NCBI GenBank assembly: GCA_028875225.1
Contig: JAPPFB010000021.1
Span: forward strand, 225,831 to 289,830
DNA from: Chloroflexota bacterium
GTDB taxonomy: Bacteria > Chloroflexota > Dehalococcoidia > Bin125
Reading direction: 5' to 3'
Length of the DNA: 64,000 bases
The notes below the pieces were generated by a model that was not told the DNA's origin, did no database searches, and saw nothing but the letters and a program-made list of their open reading frames with translations. This document shows positions 19,708-28,704 of the stretch, piece by piece. The first letter of the stretch is position 1. The number at the start of each line of letters is the position of its first letter. A program made the translations under genes and the position numbers.

Positions 19708-20097
19708 GCCATGCGAGTCACGAAATCATCCGACGGCGACACCAACCAGGCCAACGCGCCCATCTTCACCGGTGGCAACGTCTGGGTCCGGGCCCTGGCC
19801 GGCTCGATCGGCGGACAGAACGCGGCCGACGACGCCGACTTCAACCTGGCGATCGTCCAGTTCGGCGCGGGAGCTCGGACGAAGATGCACACCCACTCGT
19901 CTGAGCAAATGCTGTACGTCGTCTCGGGCATCGGCAAGGTCGGCACCTCCGACGAGGAGCACACCATTTCGGTCGGTGACTTCGCCATCATCCCACCGGG
20001 CGAGGAGCATTACCACGGCGCCGCCGACACCGGTTCGCCCATGTCGCATCTCGCGATCACCCGCCGCGACTCCGTCACCGAGGTCACCGAGGACTGA
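19708..20097 (+). CDS. cupin domain protein
   Basis: Cupin His motifs (MHTHSSEQ...GEEHYH); RBS gaaagga before ATG 19708. Confidence 0.7.
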   Translation, partial: AMRVTKSSDGDTNQANAPIFTGGNVWVRALAGSIGGQNAADDADFNLAIVQFGAGARTKMHTHSSEQMLYVVSGIGKVGTSDEEHTISVGDFAIIPPGEEHYHGAADTGSPMSHLAITRRDSVTEVTED

Positions 20098-20136
20098 TAG
20101 TATCGGTACCATGATGGCGCTTGGCTGGAGTACATC

Positions 20137-20508
20137 ATGGTGACCGAAGAACGCCCAACCGAAGCATGGGGCCCGCGCCCGGGAGAAGACTGGCGCGCCC
20201 ATCGCATGCGCGTGTTCGCCGACTACCCGGAGCATCTCGCAGTGCTCCGAGTCGCCGAATCGCGCGAGCACGAAGCCGAAATCTGGCGGGAGTGGCATGT
20301 CGCGAGCTCGGACAGCGATCCTGATCTGTTGGAGCTGGCTCGCAAAGCGAGATACGACCTGGAAGCGCCGCCCGAGGAAGATGAGGATGACATCCGCTTC
20401 ATCAGAAGCAAGCGAGGCGGAGCAGACGAACGCGTCATGCAGAAATTCTGGAGCTGGTTTGAGAAGAGGTTCCCTGACCAGGTCTATGGGCGCGCCGCAG
20501 ACGCATGA
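20137..20508 (+). CDS. hypothetical acidic protein, candidate atypical antitoxin partner of downstream ParE/RelE-like toxin
   Basis: Stop overlaps toxin start (ATGA); 123 aa, longer than usual antitoxins. Confidence 0.4.
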   Translation: MVTEERPTEAWGPRPGEDWRAHRMRVFADYPEHLAVLRVAESREHEAEIWREWHVASSDSDPDLLELARKARYDLEAPPEEDEDDIRFIRSKRGGADERVMQKFWSWFEKRFPDQVYGRAADA

Positions 20509-20852
20509 GCTACACCGTCGATTTTGACCCGGAAGCTCGGCGGGAACTCAGCCGGTTAGGTCCTCGTCCAAAGGAACAAGTCAACAAGGTGCTCAAGCGC
20601 CTTCGAGCCGGACCCGACTACGCACTGGATGTGCGCCTACACGGCCAGAACAGCATGTGGCGCGCAACTGCTGGCCGCAGGTGGCGGGTCGTCTACGAGG
20701 TGCGGCCAGATCGGCAAATTCAGATCATGCGGATTCGACGCCGGCGCGACGTGTACGAGGGCATCGAACACCCCGGTCCACGGGACATTCGAGAACCGAA
20801 AGTGATCTACCAGGGAGAGGCAGCCTCAGTACCCGCTGCGGCGGCCGATTGA
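20505..20852 (+). CDS. RelE/ParE-family type II toxin
   Basis: WRVVYEVRPDRQIQIMRIRRRRDVY matches RelE/ParE consensus (RvvYxv....I.ilRI.hR.dvY). Confidence 0.7.
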   Translation: MSYTVDFDPEARRELSRLGPRPKEQVNKVLKRLRAGPDYALDVRLHGQNSMWRATAGRRWRVVYEVRPDRQIQIMRIRRRRDVYEGIEHPGPRDIREPKVIYQGEAASVPAAAAD

Positions 20853-21299
20853 GCGCACGTCCCAGGCGGCGATCGCAACTCCAACAAGCAGGAAGAACGC
20901 GATCAACCCCAGCAAGATGTTACCGCCCGCGCCTTCGATCCCGGCGAGTTGGCGCAGCGCGATCATCACGCCGGCGCTAACCACGGCCAGCGAGATGTAG
21001 ATCCAGTTGTGGATCCACTCGGCCGCGAAGTTCACGGCGATCGCGACCACAACCGCCGCATTGACCACGATCAAGAGGTGCACGTCCGCGTGTCGGCTCC
21101 AGCCGCCCCAGGCCGTGCCCGTCAGTTCATTCAACTCCACCGCCGTACCGCCGCGGATCGCCAGAAACAGCACCACGATCGCCGCCCCAACCGCGCCGCC
21201 GATCAGCGGCCGCAGCATCCGCGGCCCCATCGTGTCCCAGGCGCGTGACGGCAATGCTCCCAGGCGAGTCCGGCTGTGCTCGTAGCGGTGTTCGGCCAT
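20826..21299 (-). CDS. hypothetical membrane protein (4 TM)
   Basis: Hydrophobic helices, protein-like composition. Confidence 0.5.
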   Translation of the reverse strand: MAEHRYEHSRTRLGALPSRAWDTMGPRMLRPLIGGAVGAAIVVLFLAIRGGTAVELNELTGTAWGGWSRHADVHLLIVVNAAVVVAIAVNFAAEWIHNWIYISLAVVSAGVMIALRQLAGIEGAGGNILLGLIAFFLLVGVAIAAWDVRSIGRRSGY

Positions 21300-21320
21300 G
21301 ACCCTCTCCCAGTCCTCAGT

Positions 21321-22100
21321 CTAGATGTTGGATCGGGTCTGCCCGCCGTCGACGTTGAGGCAGGCGCCGGTCACCCAGCTCGCCCGTGGCGAGGCCAGGA
21401 AGGCAACCACGTCGGCGACCTCCTCCGGCCGTCCGAATCGGTTGAACGCGATCGTATCGAGCACGCTGCGCTGGATGCCCTCCGGGTCAGACTCGTAGCG
21501 CGTTTGCCAGCGTGAGTTCGGCCAGGCAATCGATCCGGGCGCGACGGCGTTGGCGCGAACGTTCTGCGGAGCCAGCTCCAGCGCCAGTGACTTGGCGTGA
21601 CTGTGCATGGCCGCTTTCATCGCGTTGTACTGCGCCGAGCCACCCGCTTCGCGTCCGAAGATCGAGCCGATGTGAATGATCGACGAGCTGTCGGCATCCT
21701 CTCCCGACGCTGCCGTCGCGAGATGCGGCAATGCCGCCCGGGTCGTACGTACCGCCGCCATCAGATTGAGGTCGAACATGTCCTGCCAGACCTCGTCGCC
21801 CTCACCGCGCAGCGAGACCCCCATGTTGTTGATCAGGATGTCGAGGCCGCCCAGAGCCTCGACCGCGCCCGCGACCGCGCGGTCGGCCGCGTCCGGCTCG
21901 CCCAGGTCGGCCACGGTCCAGTGCGCTCGCGCATTGCCGGCCGCTTCAATCCGTGCAGCCCCCTGTTCGAGCGCCTCGGCCCGACGCGAGCAGATCGATA
22001 TATCGACGCCCTCTGCCGCCAGCGAAAGCGCACAGTACAGGCCGATCCCTTCAGAGGCTCCGGTGATCAACGCTCGTTTGCCCTCGAGACCAAGATCCAT
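21321..22100 (-). CDS. SDR family oxidoreductase
   Basis: GKRALITGASEGIG Rossmann motif; YxxxK region. Confidence 0.85.
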   Translation of the reverse strand: MDLGLEGKRALITGASEGIGLYCALSLAAEGVDISICSRRAEALEQGAARIEAAGNARAHWTVADLGEPDAADRAVAGAVEALGGLDILINNMGVSLRGEGDEVWQDMFDLNLMAAVRTTRAALPHLATAASGEDADSSSIIHIGSIFGREAGGSAQYNAMKAAMHSHAKSLALELAPQNVRANAVAPGSIAWPNSRWQTRYESDPEGIQRSVLDTIAFNRFGRPEEVADVVAFLASPRASWVTGACLNVDGGQTRSNI

Positions 22101-22156
22101 GGCCGCCTCCACCCTCGTTATGGCCGATTCGCCGGGACCGCTTCGGCGATCATTCT

Positions 22157-24589
22157 ATGACCGCGTACGCTCAGGGCATGAGCGACTCTGGACGCAATCA
22201 GATGTTTGGCGTCGACTGGCGCGGGTTGTCCCTGTCGCTTCGCCAGGGTGGATCATTGTTGCGCGCCCTCGCGGGCACAACCCTCGCGAACGCCCTGCAA
22301 ATGCCCCAGACCCACAAGCGGCGCGGGAAGACGGCGGTCGCCGGGCTCGATGCTCCGGTCGAGATTATCCGCGATCGATTCGACATCCCCCATTGCTTTG
22401 CGGAGTCGGCGGACGACGCGCTGTTCGCGCTCGGCTATGTGCAGGCCCAGGACCGACTCTGGCAGATGCAGTGGAGCCGTCGCGCGGCGATGGGGCGCCT
22501 GGCCGAGATCGCCGGCCCCGCTGCATTGCCGGTTGATCGATTCTGCCGGACGCTCGGCATCGGCCGCGCTTCAGAGCGTGCCTGGGACGAGACTCCCACG
22601 CTACGACGCGACCAACTCTTCCCCTTCATCGCCGGCATCAATGCTGCGATCGCGCGCGCCCCGCGACCGTTTGAAGCGCAAATGCTGGGCGACAGGATCG
22701 GGCCGTGGTCGCCCGCCGACAGCGTCGCCTGGGGCAAACTGCTGTCGATTCTGCTCTCGCCCGCCTGGGAGCAGCAACTGATCCGCGCGCGCGTTGTCGA
22801 AGCGGCCGGGCTGGAAGCGCTGCACGAACTCGATCCGCCGCTCTCACCTGACACGGTGGCTGCCGTTCCGCCCGATGCGCCCTACGAGGAACTCGCGCGA
22901 CCGCTTCAGGCAGCCGCCCAGGCGGCGTCCGAGTTGTTGGGCTTGCAACAGGGCGCCTCCAACAACTGGGCCGTCGATGGCCGCCACACGGCGGACGGCG
23001 TGCCGCTATTCGCCTGCGACCCGCATCTCAATCCGGTGACGCCTCCGCACACCTACTTCGTCCATCTGCATTGTCCCGAGTTCAATGCCGCCGGCGCCAG
23101 CGTCCCCGGACTGCCGGGCATCGTCTGGGGCTTCAACGATCACATCGCCTGGGGACCAACCGCGGCCATGATGTCTATGAACGTCGCCGTCGTGGAACAG
23201 CTCTCGGACGACAGCAGCAAGTCATTGACGCCCGACGGATGGGTCGACATTGCACAGCGAGATGAGACGATCCGTGTTCGCGGGCATCCCGACGAGCCGC
23301 TGACGCTGCGCGAAACCGTTAACGGTCCCATCGTCAGCGAGGTCTTGCCCCCGGACATCGATCGACAATGGAACGGCACGTGCGCCATTTCGCTGCACTC
23401 GCGCATCCTCGCGCCCAGTCATGGCGGCGGTGGGATCGCCGACATGCTCTCGGCCCGCAACTGGGATGAGTTCAGCGCCGCGGCCGGCGACATGGCCGAC
23501 TTCAACCTCTGCTATGCCTACGCCGACAAACGACGCGTCGGACTACGGGTCAGCGCCGACGTACCCGCCGGCGACATGGCGACGATGCGATTCCCGGCCG
23601 CCGGCTGGGCCCCGATCGATCGGGGCGGCGCGCCCACTCGGGCGCTCAACGGAGACAGTCTGCCTCACGTCGTCGATCCTCCCGGCGGTATTGTTGTCAG
23701 CGCCAATGCGCCGCTGGCGCCGTTCGAGGACAGTCGCTTCGGGGCGGAGTACCTCGATCCCGCCCGTGCAGCACGTATTCGCGAACTGCTTGATGAGACG
23801 GGCCCGCACACCACAGAGACCTTCGCCGCCATCCAGTCCGACAACACCTCATTGCCGCTGCGGGAGTTCGCTCGTCATCTTCCAGAAAACTCGTTCACCG
23901 AGTGGGATGGGGAAATGAACGCCAGTTCAGTCACCGCTGCAATTGTCGCGGCGACGTTGATTGAGTATCGGCGCCGCGAACTGACCGAATTGCTGGGACC
24001 GAGTGGTGAGGATTTGCTTTCACCATTGCTGGCGATACCGACCCTGGACATCTTCGCCGCGCACGCAACCTCATGGGCGCTCAAGCGAATCGCCGCCAAC
24101 CCCGAAACGGCCGGCGAGCGCCTGGGAGCGGCTCACAACCGCGCGATCGATGCGTTGCGGCGTCGGTTCGGACCGGACCGTTCCGCCTGGACCTGGGGTC
24201 GCTGTCGCCGCCTGATCCTCAAGCACAGCCTCTCCGACGCGCCGGTCGTTGGTTCCCTGCTCTCACCTGGCCCGTTTGCCTATGGCGGCGAGGCCGACAC
24301 CATCTCACAGTCCGGCGTACTCGGACTGCGCCACTTCGACGCCGCCAGCGCGATCCCGGCGCTGAGGCTGATCGTCAAGATGAGCGATCCGCCACAAGCT
24401 CAGTTCGCCCTCGCCGGGGAACAGATCCACGATCCGCTGCACGCAAACGGCCCGCTGACCGATGCCTGGCTCAAGGACCGGCACCTGCCGCTGCTCCGTG
24501 ATCGGGCGGAGATTGAAGCGGCATCAAAGGCCTCTGCGACCAACCGGGCGCAGCGCCTGCGGCTCGTTCCCAGGGCTTCGGTACACTGA
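22157..24589 (+). CDS. penicillin acylase family Ntn-hydrolase (possible acyl-homoserine-lactone or beta-lactam acylase)
   Basis: alpha-subunit motifs, then SNNWAV nucleophile at beta-subunit N-terminus. Confidence 0.85.
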   Translation: MTAYAQGMSDSGRNQMFGVDWRGLSLSLRQGGSLLRALAGTTLANALQMPQTHKRRGKTAVAGLDAPVEIIRDRFDIPHCFAESADDALFALGYVQAQDRLWQMQWSRRAAMGRLAEIAGPAALPVDRFCRTLGIGRASERAWDETPTLRRDQLFPFIAGINAAIARAPRPFEAQMLGDRIGPWSPADSVAWGKLLSILLSPAWEQQLIRARVVEAAGLEALHELDPPLSPDTVAAVPPDAPYEELARPLQAAAQAASELLGLQQGASNNWAVDGRHTADGVPLFACDPHLNPVTPPHTYFVHLHCPEFNAAGASVPGLPGIVWGFNDHIAWGPTAAMMSMNVAVVEQLSDDSSKSLTPDGWVDIAQRDETIRVRGHPDEPLTLRETVNGPIVSEVLPPDIDRQWNGTCAISLHSRILAPSHGGGGIADMLSARNWDEFSAAAGDMADFNLCYAYADKRRVGLRVSADVPAGDMATMRFPAAGWAPIDRGGAPTRALNGDSLPHVVDPPGGIVVSANAPLAPFEDSRFGAEYLDPARAARIRELLDETGPHTTETFAAIQSDNTSLPLREFARHLPENSFTEWDGEMNASSVTAAIVAATLIEYRRRELTELLGPSGEDLLSPLLAIPTLDIFAAHATSWALKRIAANPETAGERLGAAHNRAIDALRRRFGPDRSAWTWGRCRRLILKHSLSDAPVVGSLLSPGPFAYGGEADTISQSGVLGLRHFDAASAIPALRLIVKMSDPPQAQFALAGEQIHDPLHANGPLTDAWLKDRHLPLLRDRAEIEAASKASATNRAQRLRLVPRASVH

Positions 24590-24620
24590 CTGACTTAGAC
24601 GCACAGAGACGACCGACTGG

Positions 24621-25328
24621 ATGTCCGCCTTGTCCCAGCTCAGCCTCGAGCGCCACGACGACATCGCCGTGATCAGCGGCGGCGTCACGCTGTCGGCCGA
24701 TTTCATCGGTCGACTGGCCGACCTGAGCTCGGCCGTCGCCGATGACGTGCGTGTGGTCGTCCTGCATCCCGACAAGCGCGTGTGGTCGGGATTCGACGGC
24801 GTAACCGACGCCGGTGATCTGTTCGCCGGACTCGCAGAGATCGCGCAGCCGACGATCGCCGTGCTTGACGGACCAACTTTCGGCGGAGGCCTGGAGCTGG
24901 CTTTGACGGCCGACATTCGCGTCGCCGCAACCGACTGCCAGATCGGTCTTGCCGCGTTGACTGACGGATTCCCTCGGGCAGGTGGCGTGCAACGCCTGAC
25001 TCGCGCGGTTGGCCGTTCTCGGGCAACTCAGCTATTGCTTCTGGAAGACCAGATCGATTCGGCGACCGCCTGTGAGTGGGGGCTGGTTAATCTCGTGGCC
25101 GACGACGCGCTTGAGGCCGCCTGGCAGGTCGCGGGCTCGATCGCATCCCGAGGGCCGATCGCCACGCGCTACGCCAAGGACGCGATCCGCCACGGCCTCG
25201 AGATGCCGTTGGCCCAGGCGTTGCACTACGAGACCGAGCTCACCATTCTGCTCCAGGACACGAACGACCGAGCCGAAGGCGTCGACGCCTTCGTGAACAA
25301 ACGAGCACCACAATTCAGCGGAACGTAG
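24621..25328 (+). CDS. enoyl-CoA hydratase/isomerase family protein
   Basis: Crotonase fold motifs GGGLELALTADIRVA. Confidence 0.8.
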   Translation: MSALSQLSLERHDDIAVISGGVTLSADFIGRLADLSSAVADDVRVVVLHPDKRVWSGFDGVTDAGDLFAGLAEIAQPTIAVLDGPTFGGGLELALTADIRVAATDCQIGLAALTDGFPRAGGVQRLTRAVGRSRATQLLLLEDQIDSATACEWGLVNLVADDALEAAWQVAGSIASRGPIATRYAKDAIRHGLEMPLAQALHYETELTILLQDTNDRAEGVDAFVNKRAPQFSGT

Positions 25329-25356
25329 TGACGTACCCGCAGGGAAGGCACATGAG

Positions 25357-25605
25357 ATGCGACTGATTCTTGATGAAGAAGAGACCTGGTCGTTGATGAC
25401 CCTGATCACGGCCCAGGTGTTGGATCAGGTCGAACTCTCCGACGAGGCGGTCCAGGCGATTCGCGACTGGCGCGCCGGCGTCGTCGAGGGCAATGCAGCC
25501 ATGGAAGCCGTGGCCAATGGCGTCAACGAGGCCCTGGGCAACACGATCGACGAAGAGTTGACCCGCCAGATTCGCCGACGCGACTACTACCGGACGGTCC
25601 GTTAG
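25357..25605 (+). CDS. hypothetical small acidic protein, tandem paralog 1
   Basis: 82 aa; clear similarity to next ORF (LxLDxEExW...AIRxW). Confidence 0.55.
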   Translation: MRLILDEEETWSLMTLITAQVLDQVELSDEAVQAIRDWRAGVVEGNAAMEAVANGVNEALGNTIDEELTRQIRRRDYYRTVR

Positions 25606-25642
25606 CCGTCCACACTCCGCGAGGACAGAGGGGAAGACGATC

Positions 25643-25885
25643 ATGGTCAAAGTAGAGCTCGACATCGAAGAGGCCTGGGCAATCTTCAGCCAGGTGGTCA
25701 ATCACATGCTCGAGGAAGTGGAGATTGACAAGTCCGATCGCGCCGCCATCCGCCGCTGGAAGTCCAGCGAGATGCGACCCGGCCGCGAAGAAATGGACGC
25801 CCTCCACGAGAAGATCAACGACGACATCGAGCGACTCTGGGAAGTCCGCCGCAAGAGCGAGATCCGAAGGCCCGACTGGCGCTAG
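25643..25885 (+). CDS. hypothetical small acidic protein, tandem paralog 2
   Basis: 80 aa; GAGGGG RBS; paralog of 25357..25605. Confidence 0.55.
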   Translation: MVKVELDIEEAWAIFSQVVNHMLEEVEIDKSDRAAIRRWKSSEMRPGREEMDALHEKINDDIERLWEVRRKSEIRRPDWR

Positions 25886-26241
25886 CTGAGAGCGTTCAGC
25901 TTCTCGATGAATCGCTCGACATGGGCGAGATAGAGGGCAACCGTCTCGTTGTCCAGCCAGCCTTCATAGAAGTTCATATGCAGGTCGTTGGCATTGCCAA
26001 AGTAGGTGCGCATCTCGTCGTCGTCAGCTTCCCGCGCAAGTTCTTGCACCACCTGCCGAAGCTGGTAATGCGACGCATGATTGAGCCCGCGAGTCGTCGC
26101 GACGGCTTTCACCGAGACGGCCGCAGCACCCCAGCCCTTCTCGGATGCCTGCGTCAGGTCGCCCTCCGACAGGTATGCCCGCGCCCGGCGCAGATATTCT
26201 GAGCTCAGGTCCTCGTAGCGTTCAAGTCTTGGCGTCGTCAT
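25882..26241 (-). CDS. HEPN-like (PaREP1-type) domain protein
   Basis: ...QASEKGWGAAAVSVKAVATTRG...SHYQL...LHMNFYEGW resembles the PaREP1/HEPN family (recalled from memory; PaREP1 identity unverified); ATG at 26241. Confidence 0.45.
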   Translation of the reverse strand: MTTPRLERYEDLSSEYLRRARAYLSEGDLTQASEKGWGAAAVSVKAVATTRGLNHASHYQLRQVVQELAREADDDEMRTYFGNANDLHMNFYEGWLDNETVALYLAHVERFIEKLNALS

Positions 26242-26323
26242 GGCGCGAGCGTAGCAACAAAATTCGCACATACGCCCAGAAAGGAAACGAGCGGCGTTTG
26301 CGCTCAGGAACGTCAGCCCCCAT

Positions 26324-27058
26324 ATGTCCGATCCACTGATCCTCTATGACAAGCCTCTCGACGGCGTTGCCAGCATCACGCTGAACCGTCCTGAGGCGCT
26401 CAATGCGATCAACATGGCCATGAGGGACGACCTCTGGACGTTCATCCACGCCGCCCAGCTGGATCCCGACGTGCGCGTCCTGATCTTCCGAGGCGAAGGT
26501 CCGCGAGCCTTCTCAGCCGGCGCAGACATCTCCGAGTTCGGCAGCGCGCCATCATTGCATGAGTCGCGCGAAGCTCGCCGCCTGCGCGATCTCTGGGCGC
26601 TGCTGGAAGATCTCCCTATGCCCACGATCGCCGCGCTACACGGCTTCTGCTTTGGCGCCGGCATCGAACTGCCGCTCTATTGCGACCTGCGCATCGCCGC
26701 CGAGAACACGCGAATCGGGCTACCCGAAGTCACTCTCGGCTACATCCCCTCCGCCGGCGGCACACAGATGTTGCCGCGAATCGCACCGCCTTCCGCCGCC
26801 AGCGGCATGATTCTCAGCGGCGACCCGATTGACGCCGGACAGGCGTTGCAATGGGGAATCGTGCATCGCATCGTTCTCGCCGAGGACCTGGAGCCCACGG
26901 TGTTCTCGGTCGCCGAGCGGCTTGCCGATGCCGATCCTGCGGTCGTCGCCGCGCTCAAACGCAGCATCCGCCGCGGACTCGATCTGCCTATGTCTGGTGC
27001 GATTCGTCAGGACACGCAGACCGCACGCCGATTGGCCAATAGACTGTCTGATCGTTAA
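26324..27058 (+). CDS. enoyl-CoA hydratase/isomerase family protein
   Basis: ITLNRPEALNA...FSAGADISEF...FCFGAGIELPLYCDLRIAA. Confidence 0.85.
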   Translation: MSDPLILYDKPLDGVASITLNRPEALNAINMAMRDDLWTFIHAAQLDPDVRVLIFRGEGPRAFSAGADISEFGSAPSLHESREARRLRDLWALLEDLPMPTIAALHGFCFGAGIELPLYCDLRIAAENTRIGLPEVTLGYIPSAGGTQMLPRIAPPSAASGMILSGDPIDAGQALQWGIVHRIVLAEDLEPTVFSVAERLADADPAVVAALKRSIRRGLDLPMSGAIRQDTQTARRLANRLSDR

Positions 27059-27118
27059 CCCCTTCACATCCGCATTCGGCCCGAACCATGCAACCGGCCG
27101 GGCCAGGGAGACTGAGAC

Positions 27119-28690
27119 GTGAATACCGCCGATTTCCTCGAACTGTCCGCCGCCGTTGTCCCTGACCGCGCCGCCCTGATCTGTGAAGACACGGTCAAAA
27201 CGTACGCCGATCTACAGGCCGAAGTGACGCGCCTCGGCAACGCCCTGCAAGGCCTGGGTCTGACCCGCGGCGATCACGTCGGCGTCATGTCGGTCAACTC
27301 GGCCGAGTACGTGATCATCTACTACGCCTGCGCCAAGATTGGCGTCACCTTTGTGCCGCTCAACTACCGGGCCAAGCGCGAAGAGCTGACCTACATGATC
27401 AACACGGTCGAGGCCAGGGCGATCTTCGTCTCCGACCGCTACCAGGACCTCGTCCGCGCGATCAAGGACGACTGCCCCACCGTCCGGAACTACATCGCGC
27501 TTGAGCACGACGTCCCACTGGGTCAACAGCACTACCGCGATTTGATGGCCTCCGGCTCCGACGACTTCCTCTGGGCGGAGGTCGACGACAAGGACCCGAC
27601 CGTCATCATCTACACCTCGGGCACCACGGCGATGCCCAAGGGTGTCCAGGTCACCTACCAGGACCTCACGGTCTACGTGACCAATACGATGTCGCCCGCC
27701 GATCCCGACATGCCGCACGAGAAGACGCTGCTCTCGGTGCCGCTCTTCCACATCGCCGGGGCGACCACGATGGTTTCTTCGGTCTGGGGCGGTCGGACGC
27801 TCGTCATCCTGCCGCAGTTCTCGCCGCACTCCTGGATCGACGCGGTCGACGGACACGGGATTACCCACTCGATGGTCGTCCCGACCATGCTCAAGCGGAC
27901 GATGGAGGATCCCCACTTCTCCAACTTCAATGGCGAGACCCTCCAATTGCTCACCTATGGCGCCGCGCCGATGCCCTATGACGTGATCCGCGCCGCCGTC
28001 GATGTCTTCCCCCAGAACGTCGGCTTCATGAACGCCTACGGCCAGACCGAATCGACCAGCTCGATCTCCTTCCTCGGCCCCGACGACCACCGCCTCGACG
28101 GCTCGGCCGAGGAGGTCGCGGTCAAGGAACATCGGTTGCGTTCGGTCGGCAAGGTCATGCCCGACATCGAAGTCCTGATCATGGACCCGACTGACCAGGT
28201 CGTCGGTACGGGCGAAGAGGGCGAAATCTGTGTTCGCGGCGACCGGATCATGGCCGGGTACTACAAGCAGGAGGAGGAAACCGCCTCCGCCATCCGCGAC
28301 GGCATTCTGCACACCGGTGACGTCGGCTACCTCGACGACGAGGGCTACCTCTTCATCACCGGCAGGACCAAGGACCTGATCATCCGCGGCGGCGAGAACA
28401 TCGCGCCCGGCGAGATCGAACAGGTCCTGGAAGCTCACCCGGCCGTCGCCGAGGCGGCCGTCATCGGCGCGCCCGACCTGGAGTGGGGGGAAGTCGTCAA
28501 GGCCGTGGTCATCCTTCACGAGGGCGAATCACTCTCCCTCGACGACGCGGTCGCCCACACCAAGAGTCAGTTAGCCAGCTACAAGGCCCCCACGTACCTC
28601 GCCGTCGTCGACACCCTCCCTCGCAACCACATGGGCAAGGTCCTCAAGAACGACCTCCGCAAGACCCACGGCGAGGCCAAGAACGGCTAG
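27119..28690 (+). CDS. AMP-dependent acyl-CoA synthetase/ligase
   Basis: YTSGTTAMPKGV AMP-binding motif; GTG start. Confidence 0.85.
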   Translation: MNTADFLELSAAVVPDRAALICEDTVKTYADLQAEVTRLGNALQGLGLTRGDHVGVMSVNSAEYVIIYYACAKIGVTFVPLNYRAKREELTYMINTVEARAIFVSDRYQDLVRAIKDDCPTVRNYIALEHDVPLGQQHYRDLMASGSDDFLWAEVDDKDPTVIIYTSGTTAMPKGVQVTYQDLTVYVTNTMSPADPDMPHEKTLLSVPLFHIAGATTMVSSVWGGRTLVILPQFSPHSWIDAVDGHGITHSMVVPTMLKRTMEDPHFSNFNGETLQLLTYGAAPMPYDVIRAAVDVFPQNVGFMNAYGQTESTSSISFLGPDDHRLDGSAEEVAVKEHRLRSVGKVMPDIEVLIMDPTDQVVGTGEEGEICVRGDRIMAGYYKQEEETASAIRDGILHTGDVGYLDDEGYLFITGRTKDLIIRGGENIAPGEIEQVLEAHPAVAEAAVIGAPDLEWGEVVKAVVILHEGESLSLDDAVAHTKSQLASYKAPTYLAVVDTLPRNHMGKVLKNDLRKTHGEAKNG

Positions 28691-28704
28691 GCTTCTTGCG
28701 CCTA

